DNA from: Chrysomallon squamiferum
Taxonomy: Eukaryota; Animalia; Mollusca
Assembly: GCA_012295275.1 (NCBI GenBank)
Contig: CM022673.1
Span: 16,368,001 to 16,432,000 of the forward strand
Length of the DNA stretch: 64,000 bases
Direction of reading: 5' to 3'
Shown here one piece after another: positions 27,701 through 39,689 of the stretch; position 1 is the first letter of the stretch, and each line of letters starts with the position of its first letter. The notes below the pieces were generated by a model. That model was given only the letters and a program-made list of their open reading frames with translations. It searched no databases and was not told the origin of the DNA. The translations under genes were made by a program, and so were the position numbers.

Positions 27701-30700
27701 GAAAAATTGATTACAAGATATTTATATTTATAAAACAAAAGTAGAAAAAAAGATGATTTAAATCAAGATATTTATTTATTTACTGTGGTAAACAGCTGAA
27801 ATACACTGAGGTGTGACTCATACCACAGTAAGCCAGGTAAAACAATGATTTCTGATCATAACAGGTGCCCTGGCTTCAACTCAAAATAACAAGAAAAGTT
27901 TTAATTGTAGCAGACATTTTTTGTTTTGACACCCTGTCAGCTTTCTTTTCACTTCCATAAATCTGTCTGTGTGCCGTATGTAAAAAAAAATTCAAACAGT
28001 AATTTTAACAATATTTACATTTTAAAAATATTTTTTAGTCTCTGAATTTATTGTCTTGTAAGTGATAAATTGCAGTTTAGATTTAATTAATTGTTATTTT
28101 GGGTTTGTTTTTGCAGAGTTTTGGGTTTATGTAGATTTATTTGTTGTCTTGTTCTACTGTTAGTCTTCCTTTCTTCTTCTTTTTCTGATTTTCTATTAAT
28201 AAACTTTAGGATTCACAGTTTGAAAAATTCATAGAAAGTGTAAATTTTCAAGACTAAAGAAACTAGCCTTTCTTTATATTAAAAATCCCACAAAAACCTT
28301 AAACAATTTGCTGCTTAATTTTCTTTTGTCAGCAATTAACAACATTCTAAGATTCAATTTGTCAAAGCACATCACAGTTAACAGAAAAACAATAATCTAA
28401 GATACCAGTAGTGGAGATACTAAACATTCTAAGGTAGTTTACCAAGAAACAAAATTTCTACAGCAATTACATTGCCAAGCACTTTGTGTTAGCTCTGTTT
28501 GTAAAGTACGAAGGTTATTTCTTTTTGTACTTTTGTTTATTACAATTTTTTTTTATTTTTTAAAACATTGTTTTGTATGTTTTCTGCACTTTCAGAGAAT
28601 GTTTAACAATATGTCTTTCACCAAATGATGTGCCAACAAAAACAAATATCAGTTTTCTAACTAGTAAGATCTATAGTCTTAATTCTATTATTCTGTAATT
28701 GTTCAGCAATTTTTTCTGTATTAATAATATCAACAGAATTAAATAATACGTGTTAGAGAAAAAAAACTGCCTAATTACTGTTTAAGAAAAAAAGAAAGAA
28801 AAACCTGAGAAAAAACAGACATAAAAATCTATTTTGTTTAGAATTTATATCTGTCAGTTACTGGCATCTCTACAAACAGTGCCAAGAGAAGAGATACCAT
28901 CTTCTTAAAAGTAATGTCAGTTTTAACAAACAAACTTTTACTGACTTTAATTTGAATAACTGCATTCATACTGAATTCAAATTAAAAAATTAACATGTAG
29001 AATGTTTATAAAATCATTATTATATTAATACAGTTTTAATTTTTATAAAATCTATTTTTATTTTCAACAAACAGAGATCATAAATTTTTGGAAGTTATAA
29101 GTTCTTTATGTGTTTAGAAAGTAACCCTTTTACTTGAGATGATCTCAAAATATCTTTCTTGACATCCCAATAACAGTTTCAAAATTTCTTCTCGTATTCC
29201 TTTATTTACTTATAATTATATCAGTGAATAGGATTATAATCTGTACAGTTGCCCAAAGTAATCAGCCATGCCAAAGAGACTACTACAGGAATTTAAATTT
29301 ACATTGTAGTTTTTTACCCTTGGACTGTATTATTCATTTTTTTCCAAATACTTTTTACAATCATGAGATAAAAACATGTCAACAGTAAAAAAAATATTAC
29401 AAACATCATTTTGTCATGAAACTATTTAATTGCAGGTAATGTATTATATAAAAAATAATTTTTTTAATTGATAACAGTTTTATATTCTGAAATAGTGTGA
29501 TTAGATCTAGCTAACAGTATTTTGTTTCTGTGTTCAAGGTAAGGAGATAGACCCTGTCTACAGCTTACTCAAATGTGCAGCTGACCTCCCGAAAGCCAGC
29601 AAGTCTGCCTGCAGCGTCAGCAGCAAGCATGGCTCACACGACAGCAGTGGCAACACCTCGAAAACTTCCAGTCCATCATCATCAGGTACCATGTTGGTGA
29701 TTCTGTCAGTGTGTCAGTCTGTCCAGTAGATCATTATTAATTTCTTTACAAAGAACTGCTATCATTATGGTTCATTACTTAAATCATTAATATTTTGTGT
29801 TTGTCCATAGTTCTGTGTGTCTGTGTGAAAATGTATTATTGATGTTTGTATCCAGGATTATTATCTTTATGGATCATTATTTAAATGATTAATATAGCAG
29901 AACATCATGTTCTGATCTTGGGTGGATGTCCGTGATACCATCTGTCAGTCAGTGTTGTTGAAAATGTACTGGTTGTTATTGTTATCTGTATTTTAATCAT
30001 GATTAATTATATATCCTGAAAATGAGGTTATCATGGTACTTTGTCAGTATATCAGAACTATTATCATTAATAATAACTGCAGTTTCTGAATTCTTATATG
30101 GTGAGTTTTTGTCAGTATACCTGTCAGTCTGTCACCTATACTGATGGTTTATTATCAGCTATGAAGTCAGGAACTCATTATGGTTTATTTTCTAAATGGT
30201 TTAATATAGCCAAATGTAATCTTGCATCATTTCTGTCTGTTATTCTGTCTGTCAAGATCTTTAGTGTATTTCAGATACATTTTAAATCAACTTACAATGA
30301 AATTGTTATCACTTAGACTATTTGGGTACGTTATGGTTACCATTAGGTCTATCAGCAAGTAGTTTTAAAAATAAATTATCAAGTTTTGGCTGGCTACACA
30401 ATACAGTTGTCATTGGATACACTGTGATGTTATCACTGCTACACTCTTAAGTTGTCACTGTAGATACTATCATGTTTTTATGAAATCATTATCAAGTTGT
30501 TACTGGTACATTTTCAAGTTGTTACTGGATGCACTGTCAAGTTTTATTAAAAAATTATCAAGTTGTTATTAGATATACTGTCAAGTTTCACTGATACATT
30601 ATCAAGTTCTTGCTGGATATATCATCAAGTTATTTTATTCTTGTAGTTATTAGTATGCCATCCAGTGTCTTAGAGTGCACTATCAAAATGTTTATACATT

Positions 30701-31586
30701 AATTTAGATACATCAATATATAAACTGTTTTGTGTTTTCTCTGTTGAAAATGATTAGCACACAAATACAAAATTTCACAATGCACCAAGACAAAACCATC
30801 ACTTGAAACATCAGACTTGTGTAACAGTCATTAGCAGGCATTTTGTTGCCCTTGGAAACTATGAATATTTCATGACACAAATTATTCTCTTTGTTACAGC
30901 ATAAATGATGTGTTGGTATAATATTCTTTCTCATGATTCAGCATAATTCTATCATATGCTTCATTTCTAAAGCCCTATATTTAATCCCGAGTTAAACCTA
31001 ATTCTAAATATCAAAAAAAGTATTGCTAACGAAATGAGGGAAATATTTTCATATTTAATTATATATTTTATTTTTATCCTAATGTGAAATTTGATTATGG
31101 ATCAGTATATGTATTTTCAGACCCTCATATCTAATTTTAATCATAATTCTTCAATTAATTGTAACCTAATTTTAATTTTTTTTTTCCTATTCCATTCGAA
31201 GTCAAAATTAAAACCCTAATCTAGGCTAAATTCTGTTTCTAATCTTTATGTTTTATACAAGACATTCAGAAAAACATTTGATATTATAATTGTATAGCTT
31301 ATGTCTTGTAACTGTTAATTTTTATTCCAGGTTAATATTGCAGATAGTAATTAAAATATTATTTAATTTAATTCATTATTTGTCATAAATCTAACAAATG
31401 ATCTTAAACAAAAGATCTTAAACAAAACTTTCTTATAATTATTAACATATTTATGCCATTATGTAGATCAAACCCTTCCAGAAAGAGAATATAATATAAT
31501 TTTTTTTTTCTGTTTAAATCTTTGGGTTTTACTTCCATATATTGTCACAGTTTCTGTTGTGAGAAGATATATACATACATACATAC

Positions 31587-31665
<79 letters not shown>

Positions 31666-32573
31666 CAGATGAAAGTTAGAAAGAGAGAAAGGAAAAGAAA
31701 TAAAAATACAGAGAAAAGACAAACTGTAAAGAAAAAATAGAATGAACATCAGAACAAAACTTAAAATTGTACTTGGAAGCTTTCTTTAGAATCTTCTTTA
31801 TCTGTTCATTTTCTTCAGCAGCTTAACTCTTGGTGCACTGAGTACATAGTTCAGTGTTAGTCTTTTACCTGCTTCTTGATACAAAAGATCTAAAGATATA
31901 TCTTTGTTATGTTTGGAGACTGGTTACATTAAAATCTGGCTCGGTACCAGTGTATTCAGGTACTTCAGTCAATGTCTTTTTTACACTGATCTTAAATCTA
32001 GCCAAAGAAAACTTTTAGTCACAGATCCCTGACAGCTGTTGGTCTTACAAAATAATGGTATCATTTACAAAGTAGCTGACTTATTTTGTTAATCATCTAT
32101 TTAAAAATAATAATAATAAAAATAAAAAATAATATTGATGATGATGATGATTTGATTTTATTGCTACTTGAAAAAGTTTAGCTAAAGAAGTAATCTATTT
32201 TAAAACAAGAAGTCACTAAAAACTTTTATAGAGAACTTAAAAACCCTCACAAATATAATCAGTAACAAAAACACAGATGCAAAAAAAAAAAAAAAAGAAA
32301 AAAAAGAATGAAAAAAAAAAGGTTTGGCTTCACTCCAGTCCAGTTGTTTTAAAACACAGATATAATTTTTTTTATTGTTGTTTCTTGCTAGATAAAAAAG
32401 ATATAAGACTTACGTCAACATGACAAAAACAACTATTACAAAGATAGTATATCTTTTTATCACCTTCAGCACATTTGTATTAGTGACATTTTATTGTTGT
32501 GTTTATAAAATATTGATTTAAAAAAACTGTAATAAAGATAAATGTGTGGAGATATGGTGTACCTGATCCATGT

Positions 32574-32644
<71 letters not shown>

Positions 32645-35600
32645 AATATTGATATTTAAATATTTAATGAGTTAGTTATTAATTAACCAAGTTAGTAATT
32701 AATACAGTGCCATATAAATGGTTATTAATAGTCTGTTATACAAATAAATTACAACTAATTAGGTATAATAAATTACCTGACAATATTTAAATTTGTTACC
32801 AAAGTAGTGTTATAAAAATCAGCTATCATTATAGTAATTAGATACTGATTTGTAAATATTAAGGATAGTGGTTAGAAGTATAATATTATAATAATTAGTT
32901 ACACAAGCAGTTTTACATTCAGCTTACAGATGTAGTATAATGTAAATTATTAATTGTTACATGACTGTAGTGGTATGTTACCAAAACAGTTATAAAGTAG
33001 TTATCAAGAGAGTGTTTCATAAATTAGTTTGTGAAGTAGTATTATTAATGAAGTAATATTATATAAATTAGTTATTGAAATAGTGTCATATAATATAGTT
33101 ACTGAAGTAGTATTGTATAAATTACTTATTATATTAGTGTTATATAAAATATAAATTAATTATTGAAATATTAGCATATAAATTAGTTATTTAAGTAGTT
33201 ATACTAATTACTTATAACAGTAGTAATATGTAAATAAGTTACTGAAGTAGTATTATGTAAATTGGTTTCGGAAATAGTATTATGTAAATTGTTTCTGAAA
33301 TAGTTATATAAACCAGTTATTGAAGTAGTTTACCACATACTAGATAAACAGTGTTATGCAAGTGAGTTATGGAAGTACTGTTAAATTAATTATTGAAGTA
33401 GCTGTAATATTGAAGTTAATTATTGTAGTATTGTAAGATAGTTAATTAAATAGTTAATATGTTAGTTATTGAAGTAGTATTACATAAATTAGTTTTGAAG
33501 TGGTCTTATGTAAATTAGTTATTGAAGTAGTATTACATGAATTAGTTTTGAAGTGGTGTTAGGTCAATTAGTTTTTTAAGTAGTATTATATATTATTAGT
33601 TCTTGAAGTAGTATTATGTAAATTAGTTATTGAAGTACCATTATATAAATAAGTTTTTGGAGAGGTGCTGTACAAGTTAGTTACTGAAGTAGTATTATGA
33701 CATATTAGTTAATGAAGTAGTGCACTGTAAATAAATGACTACTGACTTTGTTTCAGACCCACTTCACAACTGCCACTGTGGTTCCTCAGGCTGCTCTTGT
33801 CCCTGTCACAGGAAGACCACTGACAAGAAGCCAAAATGAACTTGTAGTTTAGTCCATGGCAAGCATTATATATGACTTGGGTTTTTTTTTTTTTGAAAAG
33901 AAAAGAATTGATGAATTCTCTTTGTGCTGAATTTTGTGACTTCTTAAAATAATTTGGCCAGTTCAGTCTGCTGTACATAAAACCATGATTATTTTTTTTT
34001 TTTTTATCAAACACAACCTATGCATGCTTACCAGATCATGACATCTGTTCTTTCTGTGCTATATATTTCTTTTTGTTCTATTCTTTCTTTCATTCTTTCC
34101 ATTTCCCAGGTTTTCCAGCTTGTCAGACTTGGAAATTAACTCCTGTGGTATCCTGCCTTAACAACCATCCAGTTAATTAAATTAATTAATAATTTGTTCT
34201 TGGATCAAAATAATTTTGATTTTTTCATTCAAATTATTGCATTTTCACTGTTACAACTGATCTGAATGCATTTGAAAACCAAAATTATCCTCACCTCAGA
34301 AATAAATTTACCTTTTGTATTATCATTAACGAATGTTTGTGTTTAACTCTAAAGATTTTGAGAATCAGAGATGTCTGTCAAATTATGCAAATGAACTTCA
34401 GACTTCTGTTTTATGCAATTATGGGAATTATTTTGGAAAATAAAGCTTTAGAATATATCTTAATTTAATAAATTTAACGACAACAACAATAACAACAGCA
34501 GCAGCATCAAATAAATAAAATACATATGTGCTAAAATATTCAATAGAAATATTTGAAAAAAAAAGTTTTTCCTGATAACAAATATTTCTATATAAGACTG
34601 TCTTCTAAAAACATTTTTATTCTGTCTCTTATCAACCTTATTAACCAACTTGCATTCTTTTTCAGGCTTTCAGACACTTTACTGTTTTTTTATTTCAATT
34701 CATTTATTTATTATTTTTATTATTACTTTTTATTTTGGGCTTAGACATTTCAAGGGGCAAAATAATTTTTTTATAAATAATATAAAAATCAGGAATATAT
34801 TCATTGTTGCTAAGGCAACAATACAATGCTCTTGGCATTATTGTAATTTGGGATCTAATATGCAGAATTTAAAAAATAATTTTTAAGAAAGAAATGGTAG
34901 TGAATTATTTTTAAAAATTTTATAACATTTTCCTTATTTTATTTATTTATTTATCTAGTTATTTATTTATTTATTGTAGCTCAAAAAAAATTTAGTTTAG
35001 ATTTTTAACAATTTTTTTTTTCAAGTGTAGATTTTTTGTTTTGTTTTTAGGTGAAGGTCAAGGTGATTTGTTGAAGCCTGAAACAGTGGCACAAGGCTTG
35101 GGCTCAGATTTCAAGCAATTCTACAAACTGACAAGTCCGGCTAAGAAAAGTTCCTCAGTACTTGATAGTTTTTTCTGACTGGTTTTTGATTAGACTGGTT
35201 TTTAACCTTTTTTTTAAAAAAGTCACATGACTCAGTTTTCATGGACTGGTTTTAGTAGAGCCATAGTCACCATAGTGACAGGTTGAAGATGATGATGATG
35301 ATGATGATGAAAATGTTTTGATCAACCGTTGTTGATGTGGCATTTTGGCTTTGGTTTGGAGTTGAGGTGGAATGTGGTTTGAAAGCCAAAACACAGAGAT
35401 AATTAAACATGAAATGACTTTTTTTGGTTGGATAAAAAAAATGGCAGATGGAAAACATGACTGTTTTTGTGCTGGCAAAAGCCATTTTGTGGATTTGAAA
35501 ATCCAAATAATTGTTTGGTTATTTTGTTACCATGGTTTCTAGGAGAATCAATAACACCTTTTCTCCTGCATGGCAGTGTTTTAACATAGATTTTCCCTGT

Positions 35601-38600
35601 TACTAGATTGTTCTTTTGTTGTTTCATTGTTTTTATTTTTATTTTCAGTAACACTGATGTAAACTTGTAATAGTTTATCTGTTACTTTTCACCATAAAAA
35701 CTCTTTTTGTGGAGTTGTGTGCATATACTGGCCGTTTCTAACTGTTCTTCCATTTAACCATTATACTCTGAAAATTATACTCCTTATATGTTTAGTGTTA
35801 AAAGCAGTCTGTGATAAAGTTGCTAACCATCTTGTCAGGGTCAGAGGTCAAGGTCATTTAAAAGAAATTACAATTGTGCTCACCATGAAAATGTTCAATG
35901 TTGGGTGTATCTATCTGTTAAAAATGTAACTGGTTTTTTTTTTGGTTTTGTTTTTTTTCAAATTCAGAATTTCAAATTTCGAAAATAAATAATTTCTTCT
36001 TTGTGAAATTGTTTTACAAATTCTTATATCAGTTTGGAATGAATGAATATTTAAATTTCTTGATTACTCTTATTTCCAAATTATTTTTTAAATAAGTTTT
36101 TACTTAATCTCTTTAGTTATTTATTTTTATGAAAAAAAAAAAAAATAATAATAATTAAAAATTTTAATAGATGTGTAATCATTTATAATTCAGGCTATGC
36201 ACTGGCCATTTTTGCTCAAACTCTTAGAATAAAAATCTATATAACTAGCAATTAATTATAATATCAATTATTAAAACTTATTAAAAAAACTATTGATATA
36301 ATTATATAATTGTAATCTTTTATAATCCTATAATATGGTGTAAAGTATTTGTAAATATATTTAAGTAATTTTGTTTTTAAACAAATGTTGTTTGTGTTCT
36401 TCACTTTGAAAACACTGGATTGTGCTGAAGTGTCAAAATTTCAATGTTTTTTTATTCTTTGACAGGCTTGGATTTTTTTTTGTAGACTGTAAAATAATTC
36501 CAACATACAATATCATTTTTAAAAAACATGAAATGTGAGTGAATTCCAAAGCACAATGAATTCCAATGACAGACATCCATTTTGACATCTATACACACAC
36601 ACACACACATACAGATATACTATTTGATACACATACAAAAACATATTTACTTTTAGATCAACTAAATTATTAAAAAGAAAAGATTATTTAAATTAAATAA
36701 AATAAAAAAGTTGTTGTCTTGTACATTGATTGTGACAATAACAACAACAACAGAATAAATAAATTTAAAAATAATAATAAAAAATAAATTAATAAATAAA
36801 AAGATTGTTTTCAGACATTGTCAGAAATATACATACATACACTCACATATAAAATTAAAAATATAAAACACGCACATACATAAATATAAGAAAATTGTTT
36901 TATTGTAACTAGCATTAAAGCTGAAATATAAATTATAATTATAAAAATACAATAACACAAACTTGTTGGAATTCTTATTTTAATATTTGTTGTTGTGCAT
37001 GCTCAGACTGGATAGAGCTGTTGTATTTTGTCTTTATTGTACAGAGTTATCTTTAATGTTGTAACTCTTCGATATGTAAAACCACCATAAATTTTCACTT
37101 TTTTCTTGTGATCTGTTTTGTTTTTAAAGATCTCTTTTCTTAAAATTTGTTTAATTTTAATTTATTTGTAGAAATTTTTAAAATAGATATATTGTATTTT
37201 GAAACAAAATTCTAATGTTTATTGATTTACCTTTTGTTTTTTGAGTGTTTGTAATATTAATTTAGCTGGAAAGTTATTTATTGGCCAGTATGCTCAGGTT
37301 TTAATGTTTGTGTTTTTATTATTATTTGATGTATATTTATTTATTTAATTAACTTAGGTAGTTTATTTATTTATTTGTAATCATAAAGTTTTTTATTTAT
37401 TTATTTTTTTAAATTATTCATATTAAGTTTGATTTAATTTTTTTATTATTATTGTTATTATTATTATTATTATTATTATATTTATTTATTTATTTATTTA
37501 TTTGTTTATTTATCTAAATTTTTAAAATGTTTTGTTTTTATGTATGAAAACTTAAGCAAGTCAAATTAAAAACAAGGATTTAGGATGGCTGAATTGTGTG
37601 TTGAGAGAGAATATTCATTTGAATTTCATAATTTCATGTCAGTAAATAATAAGTGGAAATTAAAAGTTTTGATATATTTGTTAACATTCTTGTTTTTCTA
37701 ATTTATCATGTAAAACTTTCTGTCAGATTTTATTGTTGCTGCTGTAACATTTCTTTTTATTATTTTAAAACTGAGTTATCGTTTTATTTATAATTTTCAT
37801 TACATTAAAATTATTATTATTATTAATATTATATTATTATTATTAATATTATATTATTATTATTATTATTATATTATTATTATTATTATTATTATATTAT
37901 TATTATTACTATTATTGTTATTGTGTTGTTCTTCTTCTTTTACTTTGCATCATTATTATAATTATTTTATTATTTTTTTATTACTGCTGTTTTACTCTTT
38001 TTCTATTTTTCTTGCAAGAACAATTTCAGTGTTTAATCTTTAAAAATGTCTAACTACAAGTGTGAATGAAACTCATTTAAAAAAAAAAAAAATCTTTTTA
38101 TTATGTTTTATTTACAGAATCTTTTTTATACAAATTAGCATCCACAAAAGGTGTATATTTTCAATGGGCTTTTTTTAGGACACATTTCAGAGAGATATAT
38201 TTTTTTATATCTTGTTTTTGGTAACAAATGAAAAATTAAAAAGCATCTAAAAATTTACTTACTATTATGATACAGTATGTTATTTAATTTTTTTTTTTTT
38301 AGATATTGTTTTTTGATAAGAAATGAAAAATAAATAAAGCATTTTAAAATTTACTTATAATTATTATATAGTATTATATAATTGTGAAACTTTTAATAAT
38401 GCAAACTTTTAGGAAGTAGAATTTAATTATTTAGCATCTTTTAATTTGAAAGAATTTGTTATTTTTTTCTAACTAATTATTCATCTCACAATACTTTAAA
38501 ATTTCATTTGACTGAATTGTGCATTTTGCACATCAGTGATAGAAAATGCTTGATGTAAATTTGTTTTTTATACTGCTCAATTTGTCTTCTTTCTCTTATT

Positions 38601-39041
38601 TTGTTTCTTTTTCCTTCTTCTTTTGTTTTTGCATTTTTTAATGCAAATTTATCTTACAAGACAAGTTTTATTATAAATATTGTGTGGAATGAAATTAAAA
38701 TGATTATTTTTTAATTTATTTTAATTATTTATATGTTTTATTTTTTTAAATGTTTTGTTAAATTTTTATTTTCTTATTAAGTGTAAAATTTTATAGTAAT
38801 TTTTATGGTTTGATAATTCTTTAACCTCCAGTATTTGCCAAAAATGTTTTTTGATTGACTTTTAAAATATTTTCTTACATTTAGGATTAAGATTTAATGA
38901 TATTAAATAAATATTTTTTCTTTTAAGAAAAAATCTAATGTATATTTCAAATAATATATAAAATAATTTCTAATAATACACATCTTAAAAGTTTATAAAT
39001 TATAAAATTAAAAAAAAAAAAGATTGAATTTGAAGTTAAAA

Positions 39042-39073
<32 letters not shown>

Positions 39074-39600
39074 CTTTATCTGTGGGTATTTTCATACAGA
39101 GAAATAATTTTCAAAATAACATTTTTATTTATTTAAACTAATTAAATTATTTATTTATGTTATGCTATGTTATTTTATTTTATTTAAATTTATTTTATTT
39201 TATTTTACTAATTAATTAATTAATTAATTTATTTATTTATTGAATTATTTATTTTCAGTTTGTATTCTTTTGTATTTAAATTTGTGTAAAAGAAGAAAAA
39301 AGTTTTTTTGCACTGAAAAGAAGAGTAAATTCTTTTTCTGGTTTGTTATTTTAATTACAATGTGATATGTGCACCTTTTGAATATGTGAAATACGTTGTT
39401 CTGTTTTCTTATTGTTGATGTTGTTTTCACCTTATTCATCCTTCCAATAAATATTTTATTGTCAGTTTTATGTTGTCTTGTTTTTTGTTGTTCTTGCACT
39501 CTCTCACAAGCAGTATGCACTGTACTTATTATTTTGTCAACATTTGATTATTCAGAATCTGAAAATTCTGATTTTGTTACTTGTCAGTTAAGAGAAAAAT

Positions 39601-39689
<89 letters not shown>

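Noticed and set aside
29679-29692. Identical 14-mer TCATCAG|GTACCAT at donors of both the STAC-like gene and the minus-strand gene (63465-63478)
   Set aside because: Largely explained by Ser codons plus the donor consensus; no wider homology.
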